Numbered from the stretch's first letter, positions 1-9,050 are shown. The stretch: 18,228 bases of DNA from Candidatus Zixiibacteriota bacterium (GCA_041742355.1 JBGSIV010000066.1:1-18228); one strand, 5' to 3'. Notes: generated by a model not told the origin, from the sequence alone. A program made the numbers and translations.

Positions 1-1
1 C

Positions 2-553
2 ATCGACGAACCGGGGATCGCCAACGAGATCGCATCAGGCGTCGTCCCCCTCTCCACCGGCGTCATGACCGACCTCGCGGTCATCGAAATCGAGATCCCC
101 CGCGACGGTTTCATTGTCCTCTACGGCAAGTGCTACGTCAACCTCTCGGGCACGACCGGCGCCAACGGCGCGCAGATCCAGATCGACGCCGACTCGGGTG
201 GGACGGCAATCTACCCCTACTACACCCAATCCGGTTTCTCCGGCTTCGTCAATACCGGCGACAACTACCTCCCCGTCTTTGTCACCCGCACCTACTACCG
301 CGAGGCCGGCCTCCACGAGTTCCGTCTCGAAGGGAAAGCGACACACCCTCTGCCCGCGGTTGCCGAGACCTGGGACCACATCCTCACCGCTATGTACTTC
401 CCCACGGCGTACGGCTGGGTCTACTCCAGTTCGAAGTCATCCGAGGGCAATCCCACGGCCGTGCCGATGGAACAGAATTCTCCCGACCGCTCTGGCGTGA
501 TCTACAAACTCGATTTGCGTTATGAGAAGGATTCCCGCACCGACGGGAAGTGA
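2..553 (+). CDS. Hypothetical protein, C-terminal part (5' end outside window); beta-rich C-terminal domain
   Basis: Frame of ORF 65..553 stays open to the window edge (IDEPGIANEIASGVVPLSTGVMTDL...). Strong C/G third-position bias, stop TGA at 551-553. No family recognised with certainty. Confidence 0.8.
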   Translation: MDEPGIANEIASGVVPLSTGVMTDLAVIEIEIPRDGFIVLYGKCYVNLSGTTGANGAQIQIDADSGGTAIYPYYTQSGFSGFVNTGDNYLPVFVTRTYYREAGLHEFRLEGKATHPLPAVAETWDHILTAMYFPTAYGWVYSSSKSSEGNPTAVPMEQNSPDRSGVIYKLDLRYEKDSRTDGK

Positions 554-557
554 GAAG

Positions 558-646
558 GGTGGGTCAGACACGGCTTGGCGTGTTTGAGGTTCTCACATCA
601 GATTCTCATTTGCTCGTCAAGCACCGAAACCGGTGCTTGACCTACC
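558..646. repeat. Inverted pair of REP-like palindromes (REPIN/BIME-like)
   Basis: Plus strand 559-587: GTGG-G-TCAGACACG-gcttgg-CGTGTTTGA (stem with one G:T). Minus strand 645-616: GTAG-GTCAAGCACCG-gttt-CGGTGCTTGAC (perfect 11-bp stem). Both start GTRG-GTCA and point towards each other. Confidence 0.6.
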
Positions 647-738
647 GAACAACCAACTATGTTGCGCCGCCCACAGCTGCCGGGGGATTCCTGGTTTCAC
701 GTTGATTGTAAATATCGTGCTGAGATAGCATGCTGAAA

Positions 739-768
739 TGTCATGCTTCGACTCCGCTCAGCATGACA
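739..768. repeat. Palindromic intergenic element (TGTCATGCT-tcgactccgctc-AGCATGACA); possible terminator-like hairpin for the minus-strand operon
   Basis: Perfect 9-bp inverted repeat 739-747/760-768, 26 bp past the stop of the 795..2924 gene. The core CTTCGACTCCGCTCAGCATGAC resembles a dispersed intergenic repeat type I recall from other bacteria (not verified). Confidence 0.55.
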
Positions 769-794
769 CATACCTCGTGGAGAACACGCCCCCC

Positions 795-2924
795 CTACTT
801 CACCAGCACCATCTTCTTCGATTCGCTCACCGACCCCGCTTCCACTCGATACAAATACACCCCGCTCGCCACCTGACGCCCCCCGCGATCTGTCCCATCC
901 CACACCGCCTGATGTATCCCCGCCGCCCGCTCGCCATCTACCAGCCGCGTGACCTCCTGCCCGAGCATGTTGTAGATCGTCAGCTTCACCCGCCCCGCTC
1001 TCGGGACTCCATAGCGAATCACCGTCTCCCCATTGAACGGATTCGGATAGTTCTGGTACAGCACGTACTCCCTCGGCACCACCGGAGTGCCGCCCGTATC
1101 GTTCGCATCGACGCGGTAGATCTCGACCGAACCTCCGTCCGATGCCGCCAGCACCGGCCCAGACACGGCGATGAGCCGTCCCGGATTCCCTCCGAACTCG
1201 ATCAGCTCGGGCATCACCGAATCCACGTCGAAGACGGCGATTCCCGCCGAGCCGATTGCATACAGCCGCTCGTTCGCCTCAGCCAGACCAAGCACCGTCA
1301 TCGGCAGATCCTGCTCCCCGGTGAACTCCAGCGTGCCGAATTCGGACAGCACGTACACCGCCAACCGGTCCGGCCCGAACACGAGCAACCGATCCTTCAG
1401 CCAGTACAGCGCGGTCGGCAGGTTGGGCAGATCGAACCCCACCACCGTCTGCAGTTGCAGTGCGCTGTCGATCCGCTGCACGATCAGCTGGCGTTTCAGC
1501 GTCCCGGTGAAGACAAGCGTATCGGACACGACGCTCGACACGATTCGCGCCGACTGTTTCCAGGGCGTCAGCGGGGTTATGAGTCCCGAATCGTTGATCG
1601 CATACGCCTGCAGGGCAAATTCGCCCGGGACCACGACGCCGCGCAGCGTGTCGTCGCGCAGACGGGGCAGGAACTGCATCCGTCCGGAGAGGGTGTCGCT
1701 CAACGCGAACGACCGCTCGAGGAAGAACGAATCCGGCCGCAGGGCATCGAGAATAAACGCCACCCGATTGATCCCCGCGTAGTATGCAATCAGGCTGTCC
1801 CCCACCGGCAGGATCGACTGCACTCCCGTCAGCTCGGGGAACATCGTGTAGTCGAGCGTCGGCGCGAGGGTCGAGTCGAACGAGTAGACGTCGATCGGAT
1901 TTCCGCCGCCTCCGGTTACCAGCTTGCCGCCGATAAACGCCAGCGACTGCACCGGCCCCGACCGGTACAATCCGTCGCCGCTGCGCATGGGGTGATCGAT
2001 ATCGAACAGGTACAACCCGCCGTCAGCCTGCGGCAGCACGATGTACCGCCCGCTATCTGAAGTGAATGCCGCTCCCTCCGTTCCGATGCCGCTCACGGTC
2101 AGAGACGAAAGGAGGCTCCCGGTGGCGCGATCACGGACGTCGATCGACCGCGCCATCACCGCGACAATCTCCTCTCCGCTCGCGTAGATCTTTCTCGGCC
2201 GGATTATCCCTCCCACAGTCGCGCCCAGCACCGGCGTCTCACCGCCCATATCGCCGAGGATCATTCCGCCCTGCCGGACCAGCATCGTTACCTCCGTGCC
2301 ATCGAGCACGAAAGCGGAGACCTCCGACGGAACATAGAGGTAATCGACAAACGCGTCCGACCCACCCAGCGTCGGATCATACCGCATAATTCCGTTGTAT
2401 TCGTCAAGAACATAGAGGTACTGCGCATCCGCAGCAAGCTGCGTCAGCATGATCCCCGCCATGCTGCTGTCCAGAAACGTGAGCGTCCCCGCCGGATCGA
2501 CCGAGTACCGCCACAATCCGTCGAACCACGCGCTCAGGTAGAGCGACCCGCCCGCCACCATGTAATCCGCGAAGGCGATTCCGGGATCGGTCAGCCACTG
2601 CAGTTCCAGTTCCGGCAGTTCGCGGACGTCGTATGCCGCCAGCCGGAAGTCATCGGTCTTCACCACCAGCAGCGAATCAATCAGCCGCGCTCCGACCGGA
2701 TGAAACGGTGTCGGCACCACCCGCTCGGTCACGAACATCCGCAGGCTGTCGTTCCACCGCGCCACAGAGATTGCCGTTTCCGACAGCGAGATCGCCATCG
2801 AGTCCGCCACGACCACCCGGTCGACGCGATTCCACAGGATCGTGTGCAGCGGACCGTCGGCAAGATCGGCCGATGCCGTCCCGACGGCGAGCAGGAGGAG
2901 TATGAGTGCGAGGGCGGTTCGCAT
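795..2924 (-). CDS. Secreted predicted beta-propeller (LVIVD-like) protein with C-terminal FlgD-Ig/T9SS type A sorting domain
   Basis: 709 aa. Sec signal peptide MRTALALILLLLAVGTASA. Repeated short beta-strand units (e.g. LYLSAWFDGLWRYSV, LYVLDEYNGIMRYD, LYAIGSAGIAVFDV). CTD: LYQNYPNPFNGET...WDGTDRGGRQVASGVYLYR...KKMVLVK. Its ATG abuts the TAA of the upstream S8 gene. Confidence 0.85.
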   Translation of the reverse strand: MRTALALILLLLAVGTASADLADGPLHTILWNRVDRVVVADSMAISLSETAISVARWNDSLRMFVTERVVPTPFHPVGARLIDSLLVVKTDDFRLAAYDVRELPELELQWLTDPGIAFADYMVAGGSLYLSAWFDGLWRYSVDPAGTLTFLDSSMAGIMLTQLAADAQYLYVLDEYNGIMRYDPTLGGSDAFVDYLYVPSEVSAFVLDGTEVTMLVRQGGMILGDMGGETPVLGATVGGIIRPRKIYASGEEIVAVMARSIDVRDRATGSLLSSLTVSGIGTEGAAFTSDSGRYIVLPQADGGLYLFDIDHPMRSGDGLYRSGPVQSLAFIGGKLVTGGGGNPIDVYSFDSTLAPTLDYTMFPELTGVQSILPVGDSLIAYYAGINRVAFILDALRPDSFFLERSFALSDTLSGRMQFLPRLRDDTLRGVVVPGEFALQAYAINDSGLITPLTPWKQSARIVSSVVSDTLVFTGTLKRQLIVQRIDSALQLQTVVGFDLPNLPTALYWLKDRLLVFGPDRLAVYVLSEFGTLEFTGEQDLPMTVLGLAEANERLYAIGSAGIAVFDVDSVMPELIEFGGNPGRLIAVSGPVLAASDGGSVEIYRVDANDTGGTPVVPREYVLYQNYPNPFNGETVIRYGVPRAGRVKLTIYNMLGQEVTRLVDGERAAGIHQAVWDGTDRGGRQVASGVYLYRVEAGSVSESKKMVLVK

Positions 2925-5900
2925 TTACTTGATCAGCAGCATCTTTCTCGAGAGCACGGCGCCCCCGGCGGTGAGGCGGTACAGGTACACGCCGTTGGCC
3001 AGCGTGGATCCGTCGAACGCAATAGCGTGGTTCCCCGGATCCATCACGCCGTCCCGGAGCGTGGTGACCAGTTGGCCAAGCATGTTGAACACTTCCAGCT
3101 TCACGTGCTGCCGGGAGGGCAGACTGAAGCGGATCGACGTAGTCGGGTTGAACGGATTGGGGTAATTCTGCGCGAGGCGCAATTCGGGGGATTCCGGCAC
3201 GAGGATCTCCTCCACCGGCAATTGCACTCCCTCGGCTGTCGGCAGGGTCCCGCTGTTGTGATTGTCATAGAGCCAGCGGGTCACATTGCGACCGTCGTCG
3301 TAGTTCGCTTCGAAATCCCACACCAGCAGCCGCTCGTCTTCGCTGATGAGCACGAGCTCGACCTTTCCGTCGTTGTCGATATCGTCCACCAGCGGTGCGT
3401 GGCGTGCCGACGTCACGGCGTAGTGCGCTGCCGGGGTCGCTTTCGGCCATCCGGGGACGGGCGTGGCCGTGTAGTCGAGAATGTGCAGCAATTCCGGCCC
3501 CCAGGTGGGAAGCAGGTGACCCGACCGGATAATAATCTCCGGGAATTCGTCGCCCACCAGGTTGGCTACTCCCGCCGTCCCCAAGGTGACACCGTTGATG
3601 TACAAGGCCTCGCCCGGCCGTCCGCGCGGCGAGTCCTTATAGGGAGTCCCATCGGCTCGGTATATGAAGAGGGAGCTCTTGTCGAATTCAAAGTAGGTCG
3701 ACAGGATTTCGGGGATACCGTCCAGATCAAGGTCGGCCACAACCGGGTAGGATGGCACCCACCCCATCCAGGACTCGTCAACCGGCACGACCCAGTCGGC
3801 GAAAGGCTGGTTCCCCTTTGTCCAAATCCAGATGTGCTCCCGGTCGAGTGTGTCGAGTCCCGCGACGATGACTTCGGGACGGCCGTCCCGATCGAGATCG
3901 GCGAGCGCCATTCCGCTGACGTTCGGAATTATTTCCACGGTTGGGGCCTCCAATCCGAACGCCGGCTCGCCGCTGGCCCCTTCGAACATCGCCAGCCCGG
4001 TGTACGGGAACGGCGAGCTGAACGTCGCCACCACCTCGATGCGACCGTCTCCGTCGAGATCCGCGGATGTCGCCAGCGGCGAGGTGCTTCCTCCGTTGTC
4101 TTTGGAATACCGTATCCGCGCGTCGAACTCCCCGAACAGCTCCCGCGAGTAGAAGTATCGGTCGCCGTTGAATCGGTACGCCAGGATCTGCCCGAGGTTG
4201 TTGACGATGATTATCGCCGAGTCAGGCACCGCGCCCGGCTGCGCCGACACCCGCAACCGCGCTATCGTCGGAACAGGATATGCATACTCATAGCCGATTC
4301 TCCCTGTGAAGCAGTACTGCGGCCATCCCGCCGCATAGGTGCCATCGTAGTTGAAGACGTGGATTCCCGAAGAATCGGTGATGATGATCTCGTCCTGGCC
4401 GTCGCGATCGACATCGTAGATCGACGGCGCACAGCGCACATCCCGCCCGCCCAGCACCGGGAACCCCGGCAGGCCCACGCCGTTATCGGCCCGGTACACC
4501 ATGAGTCCGGAGGTGGTGGCTGTGACCAGTTCCTTAATCCCATCCCGGTTGAGATCGGTGCACACCGCCGTCATGCCGCCGGCCCCGGGCATCTGTCGCG
4601 GCCACCCGTTGGCGAAACTCGACAGAATCAGAACTGAGGCCGAGTCAACCGCGACACTCCCGCCGAAATATCCATACAGGTAGATGCGAAACGCCCCCGT
4701 ATCCGACCCCGAAGCCGACCACGCGAAGAACAGCGAATCGAAATACTCCGCGGTCGAGCCATGCAACCGCGCCACAGTCCCCTGCGGGTTGCGGTACCGG
4801 ATCACCAGCGAGTCGTAGTCCGGCCCATACGCCGAGCCGTAGATCGGGATATTGTACTCCAGTTCCTGCCCATCCACCGGCGAGGTCAGTTCCAAATGGT
4901 TGGCCCGGCTGTAGGTGATGGTGATCACCGAGCTATGCCCGTTGGCATCGATCAGCCGAAACGAAACCAGTCCTTCGTCCGTCATGCTGTTGAAGACGGC
5001 GAGAATGGAATCGGCCGGCAGACCGTTGCCGGACGCCAGTTCCACCCACTGCGCCGGGACCGGGCTCAATCCCAGCGCGTACTCCAGTGTCCAGCTCCCA
5101 TTGTATCCGGCAATACTTCCCCCCTTGAGCGTCACCGCCCCCGTGTGCCGCGTGCGCTGCCCCGGCGAGGCGACGTACATCCCGCCGTTCTGCAGCAATC
5201 CGAGCGACGCATCAATATTCAGGTACCCCCACCCGCACAGCGTATCCGGTCCCGGCAGCGTGTCCCCCTGGTTCAGCGGATCGATCAGATCGGTGGCCCC
5301 GTGCAGGAGGACCTCCAGCATTTCGCTCAGGGAGAGATCCGGCCGAAACGACCATATGAGCGCCGCCGCCCCCACCACCATCGGCGCCGCCATCGAGGTG
5401 CCGTCCGAGAGGTAGTAGTATTCGTCGATGATGCGCACGAACGGTTCGCGGGTAGGATACGGCGCGTACATGTCCGTCCCCGTCGCCCGCAGCGAGAGGA
5501 TGTCTTCTCCCGGGGAGATGATGTCCAAGTGCGCCCCGTAGGTCGAGAAATACGTCTGAAAACCATCCGAATTCCCCGCCCCGACCACCAGTGTCGAATC
5601 AAGGTCGAACGCGGCCGGATAGAAACGCGTGTTGTCGCCGCTGTTCCCCGCCGCGATGCACACGAGCACTCCGTTCTTCCGCGCGAGATCCAGCGCCTCG
5701 CGGAGGACTTGCGACTGGAAGGGCGTCCCCCAGCTGATGTTAATCACCCGCGCGCCGTTGTTCACCGCGTAGACAATCGCTCCCGCGCTGACCGCAGTCG
5801 TTCCGTTCGGCATGATCTTCACCGGCATGATCTCGACCATCGGGGCGATCCCCACCACCCCGACGCCATCCGCGTTCGCCGCCACTATCCCCGCAATGTG

Positions 5901-6644
5901 CGTGCCGTGGCCGTCGGGATCCCGGGGGTCAGCATCCCCCTGCGGATCAAAGAAGTCCGATGAATCTCCCGAAATGTCGAATCCCACGGTATCGTCGACA
6001 TACCCGTTGTGATCATCATCCGCCCCGTTTCCCGGGATCTCATCGAGGTTCCGCCAGATTCTCCCGGCCAGTTCCGGATGTTCCGTATCCACCCCGGTAT
6101 CAAGCACTCCGACAATCACCTTGCCCGCCGTGTCAGTCCGCGGCGCAAGGTACTGCCCCACCAACCGGAGGTCTTTGTTCACGGTCCCGCTCTTGCTGAC
6201 GAGCAGGTCGTTCTCCTCGCCCGTCACGCGCTCGATGCCGTAGTATTCCTGCCCCGTATTTAGCAGGTGCCACTGGTGGGGGAAGAGCGGATCGGAGGGC
6301 AGATCGAACTGCTCAAGGTAGTAGTCCTCCTCCACCCACTCCGCATTCTCCCGGCCGAGCAGCCTGACCACATCGGCCACCGCCGCGGGGGTGTCGGCCC
6401 GGAAGACATAGATGCGGTCAAAGCCGTCGCTGGCAGCCTTGGCCGTCCCGGCCGTGGGCACCACCAGACGCATTTGCTCCTGCCCGCCCAGTGCCTGGCG
6501 GAGCACCGCCGCATCGGCATTTCGTGTCAGTTTGACGACAAAACGACCCGGGACCGGGCCGGTCCGAGGTTGTCCCTGCGCCATACCGGCCAGGATCAGG
6601 CCGAGGAACATCAATCCACTGAGAAACCGGCTGTAATTTTTCAT
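2925..6644 (-). CDS. S8 (subtilisin-family) serine peptidase with FG-GAP/VCBS repeats and C-terminal T9SS type A-like sorting domain
   Basis: Catalytic motifs VGVLDTGVD (Asp), GHGTHIAG (His), AAGNSG (oxyanion Asn), GTSMAAP (Ser codon 5394-5396). Seven DxxxDGxxE-type repeats. CTD LAQNYPNPFNPTT...RKMLLIK. Start moved from 6770 to ATG 6644 because a signal peptide begins there (MKNYSRFLSGLMFLGLILAGMAQG) and 6770 lies inside the predicted promoter. Confidence 0.95.
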   Translation of the reverse strand: MKNYSRFLSGLMFLGLILAGMAQGQPRTGPVPGRFVVKLTRNADAAVLRQALGGQEQMRLVVPTAGTAKAASDGFDRIYVFRADTPAAVADVVRLLGRENAEWVEEDYYLEQFDLPSDPLFPHQWHLLNTGQEYYGIERVTGEENDLLVSKSGTVNKDLRLVGQYLAPRTDTAGKVIVGVLDTGVDTEHPELAGRIWRNLDEIPGNGADDDHNGYVDDTVGFDISGDSSDFFDPQGDADPRDPDGHGTHIAGIVAANADGVGVVGIAPMVEIMPVKIMPNGTTAVSAGAIVYAVNNGARVINISWGTPFQSQVLREALDLARKNGVLVCIAAGNSGDNTRFYPAAFDLDSTLVVGAGNSDGFQTYFSTYGAHLDIISPGEDILSLRATGTDMYAPYPTREPFVRIIDEYYYLSDGTSMAAPMVVGAAALIWSFRPDLSLSEMLEVLLHGATDLIDPLNQGDTLPGPDTLCGWGYLNIDASLGLLQNGGMYVASPGQRTRHTGAVTLKGGSIAGYNGSWTLEYALGLSPVPAQWVELASGNGLPADSILAVFNSMTDEGLVSFRLIDANGHSSVITITYSRANHLELTSPVDGQELEYNIPIYGSAYGPDYDSLVIRYRNPQGTVARLHGSTAEYFDSLFFAWSASGSDTGAFRIYLYGYFGGSVAVDSASVLILSSFANGWPRQMPGAGGMTAVCTDLNRDGIKELVTATTSGLMVYRADNGVGLPGFPVLGGRDVRCAPSIYDVDRDGQDEIIITDSSGIHVFNYDGTYAAGWPQYCFTGRIGYEYAYPVPTIARLRVSAQPGAVPDSAIIIVNNLGQILAYRFNGDRYFYSRELFGEFDARIRYSKDNGGSTSPLATSADLDGDGRIEVVATFSSPFPYTGLAMFEGASGEPAFGLEAPTVEIIPNVSGMALADLDRDGRPEVIVAGLDTLDREHIWIWTKGNQPFADWVVPVDESWMGWVPSYPVVADLDLDGIPEILSTYFEFDKSSLFIYRADGTPYKDSPRGRPGEALYINGVTLGTAGVANLVGDEFPEIIIRSGHLLPTWGPELLHILDYTATPVPGWPKATPAAHYAVTSARHAPLVDDIDNDGKVELVLISEDERLLVWDFEANYDDGRNVTRWLYDNHNSGTLPTAEGVQLPVEEILVPESPELRLAQNYPNPFNPTTSIRFSLPSRQHVKLEVFNMLGQLVTTLRDGVMDPGNHAIAFDGSTLANGVYLYRLTAGGAVLSRKMLLIK

Positions 6645-6761
6645 GCGTAAGTCTCGTCCGTGCTGAGCTCCGCTGCCGCGGCCACTCGGTGTCTGCGTTC
6701 TTCCCCATAGACGCCCGGCCCAGCGATTATGTTCAACCCCCGGCCGCCCTGACCTGCGTAT

Positions 6762-6789
6762 AAGATACAATAATGCAAGGGGTTGTCAA
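6762..6789 (-). promoter_or_regulatory. Putative sigma70-type promoter for the S8 peptidase operon
   Basis: Minus strand TTGACA (6789-6784), 16-nt spacer, TATCTT (6767-6762), in an AT-rich patch of a GC-rich window. Confidence 0.6.
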
Positions 6790-6869
6790 ACTGGAAGCAC
6801 ATCCCGCCACTTTTTGCGCCCGGAACAGCGCCGTTGCCCCGCCGTGTTTCAGGAAGGCCAAGTCCCGCA

Positions 6870-6898
6870 TTGCTTCAACTCGAAGAACCGCGTATGTT
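6870..6898 (+). promoter_or_regulatory. Putative sigma70-type promoter for asnB
   Basis: TTGCTT (6870-6875), 17-nt spacer, TATGTT (6893-6898), about 80 bp upstream of the asnB ATG. Confidence 0.45.
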
Positions 6899-6976
6899 CG
6901 GGTACCGCCGGACCGGGTTAACTAAACGAAGACCCCTCCGATACTTGATATTGAGGCCGAAAGAGAAATAGAACGT

Positions 6977-8968
6977 ATGTGTGGAATAGCCGGATATTTT
7001 CAGTTAACCGAATCGAAGACCCCTGACCAGGCCCTGATCCGACGCATGGTCAACAGCTTGCGCCACCGTGGGCCGGACGAGTTCGGCGCCTACCTCGACG
7101 ACCGCTGCGTCCTGGGCCAGTCCCGCCTGTCGATTATCGACCTCTCCGGCGGCTCCCAGCCGATGTGCAACGAAGACGGCTCGCTGTGGATCACCTTTAA
7201 CGGCGAGATCTTCAACTACCTCGAACTGCGGGATGACCTGGCCGCCCGCGGCCACCTCTTCCGCACCCGGTGCGACACCGAGGTCATTATTCACGCGTTC
7301 GAGGAATGGGGCAAGGACTGCCTCCAGCGCTTCAACGGCCAGTTCGCCTTCGTCCTCTATAACCGGAACGACCGCTCGCTCTTTTTCGCGCGCGATCGCC
7401 TCGGTATCCGCCCGCTTTTCTATGCGCAGCACAACGGCCGCTTCTATTTCGGCTCCGAGATCAAGGCGATCTTCTGCGACCCGTCGGTCCCGCGCCGCCT
7501 CGACTTGAAGGGGCTCGATGAGATCTTCACCTGGTGGACCACCGCCCCGCCCCGCACGGCTTTCGAAGGCATCAACGAACTCGAGGCGGGCGCGTGCGGC
7601 ACCGTCCGCAACGGCCGCGTAGAAATCGAGCGCTGGTGGTCCATGACCTTTCCCGAGACGTTCAACCACCGTCGCTCGCTCGATTCATGGGCCGAAGAGC
7701 TCCACGCCCTGCTGGTCGACTCGGTCCGCCTCCGTTTGCGCGCCGATGTCCCGGTCGGCGCCTACCTTTCCGGCGGCCTCGACTCGTCGGCCACCACCGC
7801 CCTCATCAAGTATCACACCGACACGCCGGTCGAATCGTTTTCCATCGCTTTTCAGGATAAGGCCTACGACGAGTCCGAGTACCAGCAGCAGATGGCCCGC
7901 CACCTCGGCACCCACCACCATGTCGTCTCCTGCACATACCAGGACATCGCCTGCAATTTCCCCGCGGTCATCCGCCACACCGAGCGGCCCATTGTCCGCA
8001 CTGCCCCGACGCCCCTTTTCCTGCTGTCGCGGCTCGTGCGCGAGAACAATTTCAAGGTCGTTCTCACCGGTGAGGGCTCCGATGAAATCCTCGGCGGCTA
8101 CGATATTTTCAAGGAAACGATGATTCGGCACTTCTGGTCGCGCTCCCCCGAGTCCGCCTGGCGCCCCGCCCTGCTCAAACGCCTCTACCCCACGCTCCCG
8201 CTCTCGGGCGCCCGCGCCAAGTTCTACCTCGAGACATTCTACAAAGCCGGCCTCGCCGACACCGACGCGTTCCAGTACTCCCACCAGCCGCGGATCAACA
8301 CGACGACCAAGGTGAAGGACTTCTTCACCCCGGCCGTCCGCGATAGTGTCGGCGACTACGATTCGATCGGCGCCTTCGGCCGCGACCTCCCCGACACCTT
8401 CGATCGCTGGCACCATCTCTGCCGCGCCCAGTACATCGAGGCCCGGTCGCTGCTTTCCGGCTACCTGCTTTCGTCACAGGGGGACCGTGTCGGCATGGCC
8501 CATTCGGTCGAGGGCCGTTTCCCCTTCCTCGACTACCGCGTAGTTGAATTCGGCGCCACCATTCCGCCGTGGCACAAGCTTTTCGGCCTCAGAGAGAAAT
8601 TCGTGCTCAAGAAGGCTATGGCCCGCGAACTCCCCAGGGAGATCACCGCCCGCGTCAAACAGCCCTACATGGCCCCCGACTCCAACAGCTTTGTCCAGCC
8701 CGATTCTCCCGAGTGGATAGCCGAGGTGCTTTCCGAACGGGAGATCAGCCGGACCGGCCTGTTTGATCCGGCCGCCGTGCAGACCCTGCGCGAGAAGGCC
8801 ACCCGCCTCAAACACGCCCACCTCTCGTTCAAGGACAACATGTCGATGATCGGCATCCTGTCCACCCAGCTGCTCGTCCGCGAGTTTATCGATGACTTCC
8901 GGCCCGCCGACGATCCGGGCCGCGACCACTTCTCGGTCTGGCTCGATCAGAGCGCGGTCAGCGCCTGA
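6977..8968 (+). CDS. asnB: Asparagine synthase (glutamine-hydrolysing) family amidotransferase
   Basis: 663 aa. N-terminal Ntn nucleophile MCGIAG, HRGPD, RLSIID, FNGEIFNY, DTEV, RDRLGIRPLFY, PP-loop LSGGLDS, TGEGSDE, EGRFPFLD. Confidence 0.95.
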   Translation: MCGIAGYFQLTESKTPDQALIRRMVNSLRHRGPDEFGAYLDDRCVLGQSRLSIIDLSGGSQPMCNEDGSLWITFNGEIFNYLELRDDLAARGHLFRTRCDTEVIIHAFEEWGKDCLQRFNGQFAFVLYNRNDRSLFFARDRLGIRPLFYAQHNGRFYFGSEIKAIFCDPSVPRRLDLKGLDEIFTWWTTAPPRTAFEGINELEAGACGTVRNGRVEIERWWSMTFPETFNHRRSLDSWAEELHALLVDSVRLRLRADVPVGAYLSGGLDSSATTALIKYHTDTPVESFSIAFQDKAYDESEYQQQMARHLGTHHHVVSCTYQDIACNFPAVIRHTERPIVRTAPTPLFLLSRLVRENNFKVVLTGEGSDEILGGYDIFKETMIRHFWSRSPESAWRPALLKRLYPTLPLSGARAKFYLETFYKAGLADTDAFQYSHQPRINTTTKVKDFFTPAVRDSVGDYDSIGAFGRDLPDTFDRWHHLCRAQYIEARSLLSGYLLSSQGDRVGMAHSVEGRFPFLDYRVVEFGATIPPWHKLFGLREKFVLKKAMARELPREITARVKQPYMAPDSNSFVQPDSPEWIAEVLSEREISRTGLFDPAAVQTLREKATRLKHAHLSFKDNMSMIGILSTQLLVREFIDDFRPADDPGRDHFSVWLDQSAVSA

Positions 8969-8987
8969 CCCAAGGCCACAGAAACTT

Positions 8988-9019
8988 CAGGGGGCGACGT
9001 CCACCGACGACGCCCCCTG
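8988..9019. terminator. GC-rich hairpin between convergent asnB and adenylation genes (possible bidirectional terminator)
   Basis: CAGGGGGCG-A-CGTC-cacc-GACG-A-CGCCCCCTG: 9+4 bp stem with one A/A mismatch. No clear U-tract on either side, so intrinsic termination is uncertain. Confidence 0.55.
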
Positions 9020-9050
9020 CGCTTCTCCCCTGCCCTGACCGATCCTGAGG

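Noticed and set aside
554..794. Possible CRISPR array or tRNA/ncRNA in the hairpin-rich gap
   Set aside because: No direct repeats with regular spacers and no cloverleaf or known RNA motif. The hairpins differ from each other in sequence.
738..5963. Long plus-strand ORFs 738..2060, 2700..4637 and 4761..5963
   Set aside because: Antisense shadows of the two well-supported minus-strand genes. They are Arg/His/Pro-rich with no motifs, as expected from GC-rich codon bias.
6645..6770. 42-codon N-terminal extension of the S8 ORF (start 6770)
   Set aside because: The TTG start lies within the predicted promoter, and the signal peptide begins at ATG 6644.
6783..6971. 62-aa ORF upstream of asnB as a possible lasso-peptide or other RiPP precursor
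   Set aside because: AsnB retains an intact N-terminal Cys glutaminase domain, unlike typical lasso cyclases. No B1/B2 genes are present, the ORF has a TTG start without SD, lacks a lasso leader/core pattern, and overlaps promoter elements.
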